64,000 nt of DNA from Candidatus Krumholzibacteriia bacterium (GTDB lineage Bacteria > Krumholzibacteriota > Krumholzibacteriia > JAJRXK01), in the NCBI GenBank assembly GCA_041484665.1, contig JBGPIA010000004.1, positions 197,550-261,549 of the forward strand, read 5' to 3'. The notes under the pieces were generated by a model. It made no database searches and had not been told where the DNA came from. It saw nothing but the letters and a program-made list of their open reading frames with translations. Below, in pieces: positions 47,746 to 60,300 of the stretch. The position numbers and the translations under genes were made by a program. How positions within the stretch are numbered: position 1 is the first letter of the stretch; the number at the start of each line of letters is the position of its first letter.

Positions 47746-48480
47746 CTACCCGCCGCGCTTGCCGCCGCGGCCCTTGCCCTTCAGGTCGCCCTTGCCCTCG
47801 CCGGGCCGGGTACCGGCCTTGCTTGTTGCGCCCTTCCTCGGCCTGGCTTCGGTGCGGGCGTCCTTGGCCTTTTTGTCGGCCTTTGCGGGCTTCGCGCCGT
47901 GATCGTCCTTTTCGGCCTTCCCGGCCTTGGTGGCCTTTTCCGCCTTGGCTGCCCCCTTCTTCTTCTCCGCTGCTTTCGCGGTCGCGGCCCTGCCCGCACC
48001 CTGCGCCGGCTTCGCGCCGGGCTTGGACGGCTTGCCGGGCTTGCCCGCGCCCTTGCGCGCGCCCTTGGGCGCGGCCTCCCCCGCGGCCGCCGACGCCGCC
48101 GCACCGCCCGCGGCGCGGTCGCCGTCGCGCACCAGCTCCAGCAGTGCCAGCTCCGTCGCGTCACCCTTGCGGTAGCGCCCCAGGCGCAGCACGCGGGTGT
48201 ACCCGCCGGGACGCGCCTTGTAGCGCGGGCCCAGCTCCGCGAAGAGGCGTTGCACCGCCTCCTTGTCGTGCAACAGGTGGGCGACGTGCCGGCGGGCCGC
48301 GAGATCCCCGCGCTTGGCGAACGTGATGCAACGCTCGGCCAGACGGCGCGCCTCCTTGGCCTTGGGGATGGTCGTCTCGATGCGCTCGTGGGCGATCAGC
48401 GCGATGACCAGGTTGCGCAGCGTGGCGCGGCGGTGGGCCGCCGTCCGGCCCAACTTGCGCCCGTCGATCAGGTGTCGCAT
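47746..48480 (-). CDS. rplQ: 50S ribosomal protein L17 with long Lys/Ala-rich tail
   Basis: MRH...RKLGR...HR; RPGGYTR. Confidence 0.97.
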   Translation of the reverse strand: MRHLIDGRKLGRTAAHRRATLRNLVIALIAHERIETTIPKAKEARRLAERCITFAKRGDLAARRHVAHLLHDKEAVQRLFAELGPRYKARPGGYTRVLRLGRYRKGDATELALLELVRDGDRAAGGAAASAAAGEAAPKGARKGAGKPGKPSKPGAKPAQGAGRAATAKAAEKKKGAAKAEKATKAGKAEKDDHGAKPAKADKKAKDARTEARPRKGATSKAGTRPGEGKGDLKGKGRGGKRGG

Positions 48481-48541
48481 GGCACGGTATCCTTTTGCGG
48501 TCGTTGTCGGCGGCGGCTGGCCGCAGGACGCTGGCGTTCGC

Positions 48542-49564
48542 TCAGACCGCGGCGTTGCCTTGCCCGGCGGCAGGCTCGACCTTGATGGCCAGCCGCGCGA
48601 TCTCCTCGTCGAAGGTCATCCCGAAACGCAGCCCCATCCCCTCGAGGATCTCGCCGATCTCGTTGAGGCTCTTGCGGCCGAAGTTGCGGAACTTGAGCAT
48701 CTCGCTCTCGCTCTTGGTCACCAGGTCGAAGAGGCTGTCGATGTGGCCAGCCTTGAGGCAGTTGGCCGAGCGTACGGACAGCTCCAGCTCGTCCACACTG
48801 CGCTTGAGCAGCTCGACGAGCTTCTCCGTGTTCTCGTCGATCTCGACGAGGCCACGGTCGATGGGCTTCTCGTCGAAGTTGATGAACAGCTGCATGTGGT
48901 CCTTGAGGATCTTGGCGGCGTGGCCCAGGGAGTCCTCGGGTCCGATGGAGCCGTCGGTCTCGATCTCCAGGACCAGGCGATCGTAGTCGGTGCGCTGTCC
49001 GACACGGGTGTCCTCCACCCGGTAGCTGACCTTGCGCACCGGGCTGAAGTTCGCGTCGAGCTTGATCACACCGATCGTCTCGTCGGGGACGCTGTGCTCC
49101 TCGCGGTCGACGTAACCGCGGCCGAAATCGATGTAGAGCTTTGCGGAGAAGGTGGCGTTCTCTCCCAGGGTGCAGATCAGCAGATCGGGGTTGACGATGC
49201 GCACCCCCTCGGGGACCTGGATCATGCCGGCGGTGACGAGCCCCTCCGTGCTGGACTCCAGGCTGCACCAGGCGGGCTCGTCCTTGTCGTAGTCGAAGAC
49301 GACGTTCTTGAGATTGAGGATGATGTCGGTGACGTCCTCGATCACCCCCGGGACGATGCTCAGCTCGTGGCGCACCCCCTCGATCTTCACCGCGGTGATG
49401 GCCGCGCCCTGGATCGAGGAGAGGAGCGTCCGGCGCAGGGCGTTCCCCACCGTCAGCCCGAATCCCCGCTCCAGCGGCTGGATCACCAGCTGCGCCTTGC
49501 GGCCCTCGAGCTTGCTGTGCTCCCGATCGATACCCTTGGGCATCAAGAGATTCTTCCACTTCAT
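48542..49564 (-). CDS. rpoA: RNA polymerase subunit alpha
   Basis: PLERGFG.T.GNALRR, LELSVRS.NCL, NFGRKSL. Confidence 0.98.
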   Translation of the reverse strand: MKWKNLLMPKGIDREHSKLEGRKAQLVIQPLERGFGLTVGNALRRTLLSSIQGAAITAVKIEGVRHELSIVPGVIEDVTDIILNLKNVVFDYDKDEPAWCSLESSTEGLVTAGMIQVPEGVRIVNPDLLICTLGENATFSAKLYIDFGRGYVDREEHSVPDETIGVIKLDANFSPVRKVSYRVEDTRVGQRTDYDRLVLEIETDGSIGPEDSLGHAAKILKDHMQLFINFDEKPIDRGLVEIDENTEKLVELLKRSVDELELSVRSANCLKAGHIDSLFDLVTKSESEMLKFRNFGRKSLNEIGEILEGMGLRFGMTFDEEIARLAIKVEPAAGQGNAAV

Positions 49565-49640
49565 GTCTAGGTCCCTCTCCCTCGACGAAAATCCTGCTGG
49601 TGGCCCTGGGAGCCGAAGGCAGGCGACTCCCCCGCCGCGG

Positions 49641-50273
49641 TCAGACCTTCGAGTAGAGCTCGACGATCAGGTTCTCCTGGATCGGGATCGGCAGGTCCTC
49701 CTTGCTCGGCTCGCGGACGAGCTTCCCCTGGTAGCCCCCGGCGTCGAGCTCGACGAAGGGCAGGGGCGGTCGCCGGTTGGCGGCCTTGATCGCCTCGTTC
49801 ACGGTGGGGATCGCGCGGCTCTTCTCCCGGATGGAGATCAGCTGGCCCACGCGGACGTGGTAGCTGGGGATGTTGACCCGCTTGCCGTCCACCAGGACGT
49901 GGTTGTGGCCCACGAGCTGGCGCGCGGCACAACGGCTGGGCGCGAGACCGAGGCGATAGACCACGTTGTCGAGGCGCTTCTCCAGATCGGTGAAGAGATT
50001 GCTCCCCGTGGCGCCCGTGCGGCGCGCGGCCTCGGCGAAATTGTTGCGGAATTGCCGCTCGAGCACCCCGTAGATCGCGCGGACCTTCTGCTTCTCGCGC
50101 AACTGGAGCTTGTACTCCGACGGCTTTCCGGCGCGGCGCCGGCCGTGCAGGCCGGGCCCGTAGGGGCGTTTCTCCACCGCGCACTTGTCGCTGAAGCAGC
50201 GCTCTCCCTTCAGGAAGAGCTGCATGCCCTCGCGTCGGCACACCCTGCACTTGGGATCGATATACCTTGCCAT
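49641..50273 (-). CDS. rpsD: 30S ribosomal protein S4 (Cys-containing form)
   Basis: CRVCRREG, LREKQK, IVELYSK. Confidence 0.98.
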   Translation of the reverse strand: MARYIDPKCRVCRREGMQLFLKGERCFSDKCAVEKRPYGPGLHGRRRAGKPSEYKLQLREKQKVRAIYGVLERQFRNNFAEAARRTGATGSNLFTDLEKRLDNVVYRLGLAPSRCAARQLVGHNHVLVDGKRVNIPSYHVRVGQLISIREKSRAIPTVNEAIKAANRRPPLPFVELDAGGYQGKLVREPSKEDLPIPIQENLIVELYSKV

Positions 50274-50339
50274 GTGCTTCGTCCTGTTCTTGTCGTCTTG
50301 ATCGTGGGCGGTCCGGCCGCGCGCCGGCCGCCGCGAACG

Positions 50340-50732
50340 CTACCTTCGCCGGCGCGGCTGGCGCGTCCCGTTGTGGGGGACCGCCGTCACGTCCTTGATC
50401 CTGGAGATCTCCAGCCCGGAGGACTTCAGCGACCGGATGGCGGCCTCGCGCCCGCTTCCGGGTCCCTTCACCCAGATCTCCACCTTCTTCATCCCCAGCG
50501 ACATGACCTCGTCGGCGCAGCGGCGCGCTGCCATCTGGGCGGCGAACGCCGTGCTCTTGCGGGAGCCCTTGTTGCCGATCTTGCCCCCGCTCGACCAGGT
50601 GATGACGTTGCCGCCCATGTCGGTGATGGTCACGATCGTGTTGTTGAAGCTCGACTTGACGTGCGCCACGCCGAAGGCGTCGACCTTCTTCTTGACCTTC
50701 TTGACCTTGCTCTTCTTCGGTGCAACCGCCAC
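50340..50732 (-). CDS. rpsK: 30S ribosomal protein S11
   Basis: [20 protein letters not shown]. Confidence 0.98.
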   Translation of the reverse strand: MAVAPKKSKVKKVKKKVDAFGVAHVKSSFNNTIVTITDMGGNVITWSSGGKIGNKGSRKSTAFAAQMAARRCADEVMSLGMKKVEIWVKGPGSGREAAIRSLKSSGLEISRIKDVTAVPHNGTRQPRRRR

Positions 50733-50807
50733 GGTTCCTCCTTGACGATCCCTCGAGCGCGCGCCCGTCCGCGCGTGTGGGCGCGTGTGCGCGCCGGCGA
50801 TGCGGGA

Positions 50808-51185
50808 CTAGGCCTGCGCCTTCTTCTTGGCGCCGGGGCGGGCCTTGGGCCCTTTGCGCGTACGGGCGTTGTTCTTGGTGTTCTGTCCGCGCACCGGCAG
50901 GCCGCGCCGGTGCCGGATCCCGCGGTAGCAGCCGATGTCCTTCAGCCGCTGGATGTTCATCGCGGTCTCGGCCCGCAGCGCCCCCTCGACCTGGAAGTCC
51001 TTCTCGATGACGTTGCGGATGACCTTGGTCTGTTCCTCGGTCAAGGCGTTGGTCTTGGTATCGGGGTTGACCTGGGCCTTCGCGCAGATCGTCCGCGCCC
51101 GTGCTGATCCAATCCCGAAGATGTAGGTCAACGAGGTCACGATCCGCTTCTCGTTGGGGATATCCACCCCGGCGATGCGTGCCAC
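50808..51185 (-). CDS. rpsM: 30S ribosomal protein S13
   Basis: GTG start [24 protein letters not shown]. Confidence 0.98.
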   Translation of the reverse strand: MARIAGVDIPNEKRIVTSLTYIFGIGSARARTICAKAQVNPDTKTNALTEEQTKVIRNVIEKDFQVEGALRAETAMNIQRLKDIGCYRGIRHRRGLPVRGQNTKNNARTRKGPKARPGAKKKAQA

Positions 51186-51247
51186 CCTTGATCGCTCCTT
51201 TCGACCTGCCGGGCGGCGCCTGCCTGCGGCGCCACCGATAGCCGGTC

Positions 51248-51361
51248 TCAGCCCTGCCGCTGCTTGTGACGGCGGTTGACGCAGATCACCCGCACCACTC
51301 CGCTCCGCCGGATGATCTTGCACTTGTCACAGATCTTGCGCACCGAAGCCCGCACCTTCAT
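51248..51361 (-). CDS. rpmJ: 50S ribosomal protein L36 (Zn-binding form; not in ORF track)
   Basis: [37 protein letters not shown]. Confidence 0.98.
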   Translation of the reverse strand: MKVRASVRKICDKCKIIRRSGVVRVICVNRRHKQRQG

Positions 51362-51369
51362 GGCGTCCC

Positions 51370-51588
51370 TCACTTGTAGCGGTAGATGATCCGCCCCCGG
51401 GTCAAGTCGTACGGCGATAACTCCACGGTCACCTTGTCGCCGGGGAGGATGCGGATGAAGTGCATGCGCATCTTCCCGGAGACGTGCGCCAGGACCACGT
51501 GCTTGTTCTCCAGCGCCACGCGAAACATGGCGTTGGGGAGCGCCTCCACCACCGTTCCTTCGACCGATATCGGTTCTTCCTTCGCCAC
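51370..51588 (-). CDS. infA: Translation initiation factor IF-1
   Basis: [27 protein letters not shown]. Confidence 0.98.
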   Translation of the reverse strand: MAKEEPISVEGTVVEALPNAMFRVALENKHVVLAHVSGKMRMHFIRILPGDKVTVELSPYDLTRGRIIYRYK

Positions 51589-51620
51589 AGGGCCTTCCTG
51601 CGTTCGTCCCGGATCGCCTG

Positions 51621-52388
51621 CTACCTGTCCGTCAGGATCCGCGGTCCGTTCTCCGTGATGGCCACCGTGTGCTCGAAATGAGCGGACAGCCTGCCGTCGG
51701 CCGTGACCACGGTCCACTCGTCGGGAAGGATGACGACCTCCTTGGTGCCCAGGTTGAACATGGGCTCCAGGGCCAGCACCATTCCCACCTCCAGCCTCGG
51801 ATCGGGCATGGTGGGACAATCGTAGTTGGGCACCTGCGGGTCCTCGTGCAGCTCTGTCCCGATGCCGTGCCCGACCAACACCTCCACCACCCCATACTTC
51901 TTCTGGCGCGCCCGGCGCTCGATCGCCCGGCCGATGTCCGACACGCGGTTGCCGGCCTTGCAGGTCAGGATCCCGTCGGCCAGGGCAGCGCGCGTCGTCT
52001 CGCACAGCTCGCGCGCCGCAGGCGAGACCTCTCCCAGGCAGAAGGTCTCGGCGCTGTCGGCGTGGAAGCCCTCCTTGATCAGCCCGACGTCGATCCCGAC
52101 GATGTCGCCCTCCTGCAGCACCCGGTCCCCGGGGATCCCGTGCACGACCTCCTCGTTGACCGAAATGCAGCTGGCGGCCGGGAAACCATGGTATCCCTTG
52201 AACGATGGGATACAGTCCGCCGCCCGGATCCAGCCCTCGATCTTGCGGTCGAGCTCCGCCGTGCTCACCCCCGGCTTGACGTACCCCTCGCGCAGGCGCA
52301 GAAAGACCCGGGCCAGCTCCCGACCGGCGGAGGCCATCAGCTCCACCTCGCGCAGGCTTTTAAGCCGGATGCGCTGCGTCCAGGACAC
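51621..52388 (-). CDS. map: Methionine aminopeptidase type I
   Basis: [32 protein letters not shown]. Confidence 0.97.
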   Translation of the reverse strand: MSWTQRIRLKSLREVELMASAGRELARVFLRLREGYVKPGVSTAELDRKIEGWIRAADCIPSFKGYHGFPAASCISVNEEVVHGIPGDRVLQEGDIVGIDVGLIKEGFHADSAETFCLGEVSPAARELCETTRAALADGILTCKAGNRVSDIGRAIERRARQKKYGVVEVLVGHGIGTELHEDPQVPNYDCPTMPDPRLEVGMVLALEPMFNLGTKEVVILPDEWTVVTADGRLSAHFEHTVAITENGPRILTDR

Positions 52389-52935
52389 GGTCGATCCTTC
52401 CGGCGATCTCTTCGACCGCCCCCGTCCCGTCCACCTCGGCGACCGGCACTTCGGCGCGCAGGTACGCTAGGACGGGCTCGGTTTGCTTGCGATAGACCTC
52501 CAGCCGGTAACGGATGGTCTGCTCGGTGTCGTCCGCCCGCCCCCGCGCCAGGTTGCGTTTGAGGATCTCCGCGTCGGACACGCTCAGCACCAGCACCATG
52601 TCCAGCGTCCGCCCGTCCTTGCCGAGCACCCGCAGCAGGCTTTCCGCCTGTGGCACGGTCCTGGGAAAGCCGTCCAGCAGGAAGCCCTTGCGGGCGTCTG
52701 GCTCCGACAGCCTCGCCTCGACCATCTCCAGCATGAGCGCGTCGTCGACCAGATCGCCGCGCTCCACGACCTCCTTCACCCTGCGACCCAGGACGGTGCC
52801 GGCCGCCATCGCCGCCCGCAGCATCTCCCCGGTCGAGATGTGGGCGAGGCTCCGGCGCCGGGCCACCAATTCGGCCTGGGTCCCCTTGCCGGACCCCGGT
52901 GCACCCATGATGAGCAGCCGCCGCCGTGTCGCCAC
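52360..52935 (-). CDS. adk: Adenylate kinase (short, LID-less form)
   Basis: GAPGSGKGTQA, LDGFPRT, RGRADD. Confidence 0.97.
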   Translation of the reverse strand: MATRRRLLIMGAPGSGKGTQAELVARRRSLAHISTGEMLRAAMAAGTVLGRRVKEVVERGDLVDDALMLEMVEARLSEPDARKGFLLDGFPRTVPQAESLLRVLGKDGRTLDMVLVLSVSDAEILKRNLARGRADDTEQTIRYRLEVYRKQTEPVLAYLRAEVPVAEVDGTGAVEEIAGRIDRVLDAAHPA

Positions 52936-52944
52936 CGTCGCCCT

Positions 52945-54257
<1,313 letters not shown>

Positions 54258-54261
<4 letters not shown>

Positions 54262-54722
54262 CGCCTGGCCTGCTGCGGCTGCGCCGCCACCTCGACCGAG
54301 CCGCCGGCCGCCTCGATGGCGGCGACGGCCGTACGGCTGGCTTTGTCCACCTTGATGGTGTACGCGCGGCCCACTGCACCCTCGCCGAGCAGCTTCACGG
54401 GCCGGTCGGCGTGGCGGATCAGGCCGTGCTCGCGCAGGCCGGCGGCATCCACTGCAGTGACGTCGCCCAGACGCTCCAAGTCCCTGAGGTTGACGATCTG
54501 GTACGACACCGAGAACGGATTGTGGAACCCGCGCTTGGGCAGCCTCCGGTTCATGGGCATCTGGCCGCCCTCGAACCAGACCTTGTCCTTATTACCGGAG
54601 CGCGCTCCCGCGCCCTTGGTGCCGCGGCCCGAGGTCTTGCCCTTGCCGGAGCCGATCCCGCGCCCGACGCGCTTACCCGCGCGCTTGTTGCCCCCCGGGC
54701 GGCGCAGTTCGTTGAGCTTCAT
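54258..54722 (-). CDS. rplO: 50S ribosomal protein L15
   Basis: RVGRGIGSGKGKT, FEGGQMP. Confidence 0.98.
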
Positions 54723-54762
54723 GATCGCCTTCCCCCGTCGTGTTCTCGGACCGCAGCCGCGC

Positions 54763-54948
54763 CTAGCCCTTCACTTCCTCGACCTTCAGCAGGTGCCGCA
54801 CGTGGTGGACCATGCCGCGCACCGTGGGCGAGTCCTCGTGGATGCGGCTGGTCTGGTGGCGCCGCAGCCCGAGCGCCTTCAGGATGCGCTTGTGCTTGGC
54901 CGGGCGGTCGATGCCGCTGCGGATCTGGGTCACCTTGATCTTCGCCAT
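54763..54948 (-). CDS. rpmD: 50S ribosomal protein L30
   Basis: [18 protein letters not shown]. Confidence 0.97.
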   Translation of the reverse strand: MAKIKVTQIRSGIDRPAKHKRILKALGLRRHQTSRIHEDSPTVRGMVHHVRHLLKVEEVKG

Positions 54949-54954
54949 GGTCCG

Positions 54955-55632
54955 TCACTCCCCTGTCGGGCCGCCGCCCTCGTTGGACGGGGGCTTGCGG
55001 CCGCTCAGGCCGAAGACCTGCGGCACCGTCAGCCCGCGCCGGCGCGCGACCGCCTCGACGGTGCGCAGCTGCTTGATCCCCGCGATGGTGGCCTTCACCA
55101 CGTTGTGCGGGTTGCTGTTGCCCAACTGCTTGGTCAGGATGTCGTGCACCCCGGCCACGTTCAGGATGGCGCGCACGCCACCCGCGGCGATCACTCCCGT
55201 TCCGGGAGAGGCCGGCTTGAGCAGCACCCTGGACGCCCCGAAGCGACCCACCGTCTCGTGCGGGATGGTGTGGCCCACCATCGGGATGCGGATCTGGTTG
55301 CGCTTGGCCGCTTCCCCTGCCTTGCGGATGGCGTCGGCGATCTCGTTGGCCTTGCCCAACCCCACTCCCACCTTGCCCTGCCCGTCACCCACGGCGACCA
55401 GCGCGTTGAAGCTGAACCGGCGCCCACCCTTGACCACCTTCGCGCAGCGGTTGATGTCGATCACCTGCTCGAGCAGGTCGCTCTGCAGCGTCTCGCGCTC
55501 GCGCCTTGGCCCACGCGAACGCCCATCGCGCCCACCGCCCTCGCGCCCGCCGCGCCCGCCAGGGCCGCCGGGGCCCGCAGGGCCGCCGCGCCCTCCGCCG
55601 TGGGAGTCGCCTGATCGTCTGGGTTGCGCCAC
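54955..55632 (-). CDS. rpsE: 30S ribosomal protein S5 with Gly/Arg-rich N-terminal extension
   Basis: [17 protein letters not shown]. Confidence 0.98.
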   Translation of the reverse strand: MAQPRRSGDSHGGGRGGPAGPGGPGGRGGREGGGRDGRSRGPRRERETLQSDLLEQVIDINRCAKVVKGGRRFSFNALVAVGDGQGKVGVGLGKANEIADAIRKAGEAAKRNQIRIPMVGHTIPHETVGRFGASRVLLKPASPGTGVIAAGGVRAILNVAGVHDILTKQLGNSNPHNVVKATIAGIKQLRTVEAVARRRGLTVPQVFGLSGRKPPSNEGGGPTGE

Positions 55633-55643
55633 GTGTCGTCCTC

Positions 55644-56021
55644 CTAGAACTTCAGTCCGCCCTCGCGCGCGCCCGCCGCCAGCGCCGCGATCCGGCCGTG
55701 ATAACGATAGCCGCCGCGGTCGAAGACGACGGCGGAGATGCCCTTATCGCCCGCACGCTGCGCCAGCGCGAGGCCAACGGCCTTGGCCGTGGCCACCTTG
55801 CCCTTGAGCCCCTCCACGGGGGCGGGCGCGACCTTCAGGCTGCTGGCGCTGACCAGCGTGACGCCCGTCTCATCGTCGATGATCTGGACGAACAGGTGCC
55901 GGTTGCTGCGGTACACCGACAGGCGCGGGCGCTGCGCGCTCCCGCGCACCAGCTTGCGCACCCGCTCGTGCCGGCGGTCGCGCCCCTCACGCTTGCGCTT
56001 GCCCTTCTCGTCCATGCTCAT
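55644..56021 (-). CDS. rplR: 50S ribosomal protein L18
   Basis: [22 protein letters not shown]. Confidence 0.97.
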   Translation of the reverse strand: MSMDEKGKRKREGRDRRHERVRKLVRGSAQRPRLSVYRSNRHLFVQIIDDETGVTLVSASSLKVAPAPVEGLKGKVATAKAVGLALAQRAGDKGISAVVFDRGGYRYHGRIAALAAGAREGGLKF

Positions 56022-56106
56022 GGCATCGTCATCCTTCCTGGGTCCGCCATACCGCCGTCGCCACCGGCATCGGGTCCGGCCCCCGCCGCCAGCTGCCACG
56101 CTGCGA

Positions 56107-56649
56107 CTACGCCTTGGCGGCCGTCTTGCCGGCCTTCTTCTGGATCAGCTCGTTCTCGTAGCGGATCCCCTTGCCCTTGTACGGCTCGGGCGGCCGGTAA
56201 CCGCGGATTTCCGCGGCCACCTGGCCGACGCGCTGCTTGTCCACGCCCGTGACCACGATGCGCGTGGGGTCGGGCGTCTGGATCTGGATGCCGTCGGGCA
56301 CCGGATACTGGATCGGGTGCGAGTACCCTACCGTGAGTGTGAGGGCCTTGCCCTTGACCTCGGCCTTGTATCCCACGCCCACGATGCTCAGCTCCCGCTT
56401 GAACCCCTCCGTCACGCCCTTCACCTGGTTGGCGATCAGCGCCCGCACCAGCCCATGGGCGGCGCGCTGCGACTTGCTGTCGCCAGAGCGCTTGCAGTGC
56501 ACCACGGCGCCTTCGATCTCCACGGTGATCCCCGCGGGAATGTGCTGCGCGACCTCACCCTTGGGCCCTTTCACGATGGAGCAGCCGGGCTGGATCTCCA
56601 CCTGCACGCCCTTGGGCAGCTGGATCGGCTTCAAACCAATGCGCGACAT
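56107..56649 (-). CDS. rplF: 50S ribosomal protein L6
   Basis: [14 protein letters not shown]. Confidence 0.98.
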   Translation of the reverse strand: MSRIGLKPIQLPKGVQVEIQPGCSIVKGPKGEVAQHIPAGITVEIEGAVVHCKRSGDSKSQRAAHGLVRALIANQVKGVTEGFKRELSIVGVGYKAEVKGKALTLTVGYSHPIQYPVPDGIQIQTPDPTRIVVTGVDKQRVGQVAAEIRGYRPPEPYKGKGIRYENELIQKKAGKTAAKA

Positions 56650-56678
56650 CGTCCCTCGCTCCTTGACTCGGGCGCCGA

Positions 56679-57074
56679 CTACCAGACCTTGCAGAGCACC
56701 TCGCCCCCCAGGCCCGCGATGCGCGCCTGGTGGCCGGTGAGGATCCCCCTGGACGTGGACAGGATGGTCGTCCCGTACCCGCCGAGCACGCGGGGGATCC
56801 GGTCCCGCTGGGCATAGATGCGCAACCCCGGCCGGCTCACGCGCTGCAGCCCCTCGATCACGGGCTCGCGCTCGGTGGTGTACCGGAGGTAGATGCGGAT
56901 CTTGCCTTGCGGGGCCTCCTCGATGAATTTGACGCTCTTCACATAGCCTTCGCGCAGCAGCACCTCGGCGATGGCCTTCTTCAACTTCGAGGCCGGAATG
57001 TCGACGCGCCGCAGGCGAGCATGGCTCGCGTTGCGGATGCGCGTGAGCATGTCCGCGATCGGATCGGTCATCAT
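56679..57074 (-). CDS. rpsH: 30S ribosomal protein S8
   Basis: DPIADMLTRIRN, SRPGLR, GGEV. Confidence 0.98.
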   Translation of the reverse strand: MMTDPIADMLTRIRNASHARLRRVDIPASKLKKAIAEVLLREGYVKSVKFIEEAPQGKIRIYLRYTTEREPVIEGLQRVSRPGLRIYAQRDRIPRVLGGYGTTILSTSRGILTGHQARIAGLGGEVLCKVW

Positions 57075-57126
57075 AGAGCTCGCGTCTCCTTGCGGGCGCC
57101 GGCCGCCTGCGCGGCGCCGCCCGTTC

Positions 57127-57312
57127 TCACCAGCTGGCCTTCACCACGCCCGGGATGTCGCCGCGCAGGGCAAGGTCCCGGAAGCAGATGCGGCAGAGGC
57201 CGAATCTGCGCAGGTACGCCCGCGACCGCCCGCAGCGGTTGCAGCGCGTGTAGCCCCGCACCTTGAACTTCGGCTTGCGCCTCGATTTTACGATCCAGCA
57301 GGTCTTCGCCAC
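57127..57312 (-). CDS. rpsN: 30S ribosomal protein S14, Zn-binding type Z
   Basis: RCNRCGR...LCRICFR, 61 aa. Confidence 0.98.
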   Translation of the reverse strand: MAKTCWIVKSRRKPKFKVRGYTRCNRCGRSRAYLRRFGLCRICFRDLALRGDIPGVVKASW

Positions 57313-57367
57313 GATCCTTCGCTCCTCGTTGCAGGCTCGTCCTGGACCCGGTCGGCCTCGCTGCAGC

Positions 57368-57910
57368 CTAAGTGCGGAAGGGCATCCCGAAGAGACGCAG
57401 GAGCTCCCGCCCCTCCTCGTCGGTCTTCGCCGTGGTGACGACGGTGATATTCATGCCCTGCAGCCGCTCCACCTTGTCGAAATCGATCTCCGGGAAGATG
57501 AACTGCTCGCGCAGGCCCAGCGTGTAATCGCCGCGCCCGCTCAGCTTGGACGACAGGCCGCGGAAATCGCGCACCCGCGGCAGCGCCACGTTGACCAGCC
57601 GGTCGAGGAACTCGAACATGCGGTCGCCGCGCAGCGTAACGCAGCAACCGATGGACACTCCCTCGCGCAGCTTGAAGTTGCTGATCGCCTTCTTGCTGCG
57701 GGTGACCATGGGCTTCTGGCCGGTGATGGCCGTGAGGTCCTTCACCGCGGTCTCCAGGAAGGCCGCGTTCTCGGTGGCCTTCCCCACGCCCATGTTCACC
57801 ACGATCTTCACCAGCCGGGGCACCTCCATCGGGTTGTGGTACCCGAACTTCTTCTGGAGCTCCGGCGCGACCCGGTCGTGGTACACCTGCTTGAGACGAG
57901 CCATGGTCAT
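57368..57910 (-). CDS. rplE: 50S ribosomal protein L5
   Basis: [21 protein letters not shown]. Confidence 0.98.
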   Translation of the reverse strand: MTMARLKQVYHDRVAPELQKKFGYHNPMEVPRLVKIVVNMGVGKATENAAFLETAVKDLTAITGQKPMVTRSKKAISNFKLREGVSIGCCVTLRGDRMFEFLDRLVNVALPRVRDFRGLSSKLSGRGDYTLGLREQFIFPEIDFDKVERLQGMNITVVTTAKTDEEGRELLRLFGMPFRT

Positions 57911-57976
57911 CCTGCCCTGCGTGGTGGCTCCCGGTCCCCGAGCGCCCGCCGCGCCCGGAGCCGTCCGGGAGACGGC

Positions 57977-58255
57977 CTACTCCTTCTTGTCCTTCACTTC
58001 GACGGCGGCGCGGTTGGACGCGCGCTCGAGCACCTTCACGTTGCTGGCGTGGATCGAGGCTTCCTTCTCCACGATGCCGCCCTGCATGCCCCCGCCCGTC
58101 GCGCGCATCTGCTTGCGGTGCCGCTTCACCAGCCGCACCTTCTCCACGACCAGGCGGCCCTCGGCGCGGAGCACGCGCAGCACCCGGCCGCGCTTGCCCT
58201 TGTCGTCGCCAGCGATGACCTCGACCATGTCATTGCGCGCGATCTTGATCTTCAT
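57977..58255 (-). CDS. rplX: 50S ribosomal protein L24 (short)
   Basis: VIAGDDKGKRG KOW motif, GGIVEKEASIHASNV. Confidence 0.95.
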   Translation of the reverse strand: MKIKIARNDMVEVIAGDDKGKRGRVLRVLRAEGRLVVEKVRLVKRHRKQMRATGGGMQGGIVEKEASIHASNVKVLERASNRAAVEVKDKKE

Positions 58256-58276
58256 GGCACCACTCCTAGAGGACTT

Positions 58277-58645
58277 CTAGACGACTTCGGGAGCCAAGCT
58301 GACGATCTTCATGAAGCGGCGCTCGCGCAGCTCGCGCGCCACCGGCCCGAAGATGCGCGTCCCGACGGGCTCCCCGTCGGCGTTGATGATCACGGCGGCG
58401 TTCTGGCCGAAGCGGATGTAGCTGCCGTCGCGCCGCCCCTGCTCCTTGCGCGTCCGCACCACGACCCCCTTCACCACCTGCCCCTTCTTCACGGCACCGC
58501 CGGGGATCGCGGTCTTGACCGCCATGACGATGATGTCCCCTACGCGGGCGTAGCGCCGATTGGTGCCGCCGAGCACACGGATGCACTTGGCGGTCTTCGC
58601 CCCCGAGTTGTCGGCGATCACGAGCAGCGTTTCTTCCTGGATCAT
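58277..58645 (-). CDS. rplN: 50S ribosomal protein L14
   Basis: [19 protein letters not shown]. Confidence 0.98.
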   Translation of the reverse strand: MIQEETLLVIADNSGAKTAKCIRVLGGTNRRYARVGDIIVMAVKTAIPGGAVKKGQVVKGVVVRTRKEQGRRDGSYIRFGQNAAVIINADGEPVGTRIFGPVARELRERRFMKIVSLAPEVV

Positions 58646-58675
58646 GGCGAATCTCCCATCCCTGCCTGCGGCGGC

Positions 58676-58960
58676 CTACTTCGCCCGCTCCAGGACCTCG
58701 ACCACGCGCCAGCGCTTGAGCTTGCTCAGCGGGCGGGTGGACATGACCCGGACGACGTCACCGACCTTGGCCGTGTTCTCCTCGTCGTGCGCGTAGAGCT
58801 TGCTGGAGCGCACCACGTACTTGTTGTACTCCGGGTGGCGGACCTTCCGCGTCACCTTCACCACGCACGTCTTTGCCATGCCCGCGCTCACGACCTCGCC
58901 GACGCGCATGGCGCGGACGTGGCCACGGCTCTGGGCGGAGGGCTCCATCGTGTCTGCCAT
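58676..58960 (-). CDS. rpsQ: 30S ribosomal protein S17
   Basis: AHDEEN, RPLSK.KRW. Confidence 0.97.
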   Translation of the reverse strand: MADTMEPSAQSRGHVRAMRVGEVVSAGMAKTCVVKVTRKVRHPEYNKYVVRSSKLYAHDEENTAKVGDVVRVMSTRPLSKLKRWRVVEVLERAK

Positions 58961-58964
58961 GGCG

Positions 58965-59189
58965 CTACTCCTTCCCGCTGCCCGGGGCGGACCTGGCCCT
59001 GAGCCGCTCGTTGAGTACGGTCCTCATCCTCGCCAGCTCGCGCCGCGCGTTGCGCACGCGGATCGGATTGTCGAGCTTGCGGGCCCTGAGCTGCAGCCGC
59101 ATGTTCATGAGGTTCTCCGACTCCTCGTCGACCTTGGCGCGCAGCTGATCCAGCGTCAGGTCGCGGAACTGGTACGCCTTGCGCAGCAT
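58965..59189 (-). CDS. rpmC: 50S ribosomal protein L29
   Basis: LDNP.R...RRELAR..TVL; position between rplP and rpsQ. Confidence 0.95.
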   Translation of the reverse strand: MLRKAYQFRDLTLDQLRAKVDEESENLMNMRLQLRARKLDNPIRVRNARRELARMRTVLNERLRARSAPGSGKE

Positions 59190-59605
59190 CACTCGCCCTC
59201 CTCGCGGACCACGAGCCGGGTCCGCATTCCCAGCTTGGACGCCCCGCGGCGCATGGCCTCCTTGGCCACCGCAGGCTCGACGCCACTCAGCTCGAAGATG
59301 ATACGGCCCGGCTTGACCACCGCGACCCAGAACTCCGGCATCCCCTTGCCCTTGCCCATGCGCGTCTCGGCCGGCTTCACCGTGATGGGCTTGTCGGGAA
59401 AGATGCGGATCCACAGCTTGCCGCTGCGCTTGACGTGGCGCGTGATGGCCACGCGCGCCGCCTCGATCTGGCGGCTGTAGATCCACCCGGGCTCGAGCGC
59501 CTGCAGGCCGTACTGCCCGAACGCGATGCTCGACCCGCGAAACGCGGTGCCGTAGCGGCGTCCCTTCTGCTGCTTGCGGTGCTTGACCCGCTTGGGGCTC
59601 AACAT
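59189..59605 (-). CDS. rplP: 50S ribosomal protein L16
   Basis: QIEAAR, RMGKGKG. Confidence 0.98.
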   Translation of the reverse strand: MLSPKRVKHRKQQKGRRYGTAFRGSSIAFGQYGLQALEPGWIYSRQIEAARVAITRHVKRSGKLWIRIFPDKPITVKPAETRMGKGKGMPEFWVAVVKPGRIIFELSGVEPAVAKEAMRRGASKLGMRTRLVVREEGE

Positions 59606-59607
59606 GG

Positions 59608-60279
59608 CTAGCTGGCCTCCTGGACCTCAGCGGCGAGTCTGCGGCGGAACTCGGAGGGGAAGATCTCCCCTTTGCAGATCCACACCTTCACGCCGATGGT
59701 GCCGTAGGTGGTCTTGGCCGTGGCGACGCCGAAATCGATGTCGGCGCGCAGGGTGTGCAGCGGCACGGAGCCGTCGTGGTAGGTCTCCACGCGGCCCATC
59801 TCCGCTCCACCCAGACGCCCGCTGCAGCGGATCTTGATCCCCTTGGCACCCATGCGCATGGAAGTAGCGATCGCCTTCTTCATGGCGCGGCGGAAGCTCA
59901 CGCGCTGGGTGAGCTGATGGGCGATGTGCTCGGCCACGAGCACGGAGGTAAGCTCGGGCTTCTTCACTTCCTTCACGTCCAGGTTGACGGTCTTGCCGGT
60001 CAGCTTCTGGAGCTGCGCCCGCAGCGTGTCCACCGTCTTGCCCTTGCGCCCGATCACCACGCCCGGCCGCGACGTGTGCAGCAGCACCGTCACCTTGTGC
60101 GGCTCGCGCTTGATGAGGATGTCCGCGATGCCGGCCGAGCCCACTTGCTCGGCGACGAACTTGCGGATGCGGATATCCTCGTCCACCCACTGGGCGTAGT
60201 TCTTCGTGGCGAACCACTTCGAGTTCCAATCCCGGTTGATGCCCAGGCGAAACCCGGTCGGATGCGTCTTCTGACCCAT
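59608..60279 (-). CDS. rpsC: 30S ribosomal protein S3
   Basis: [22 protein letters not shown]. Confidence 0.98.
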   Translation of the reverse strand: MGQKTHPTGFRLGINRDWNSKWFATKNYAQWVDEDIRIRKFVAEQVGSAGIADILIKREPHKVTVLLHTSRPGVVIGRKGKTVDTLRAQLQKLTGKTVNLDVKEVKKPELTSVLVAEHIAHQLTQRVSFRRAMKKAIATSMRMGAKGIKIRCSGRLGGAEMGRVETYHDGSVPLHTLRADIDFGVATAKTTYGTIGVKVWICKGEIFPSEFRRRLAAEVQEAS

Positions 60280-60300
60280 CGTCGGTCCCTTTCCGCGGCC

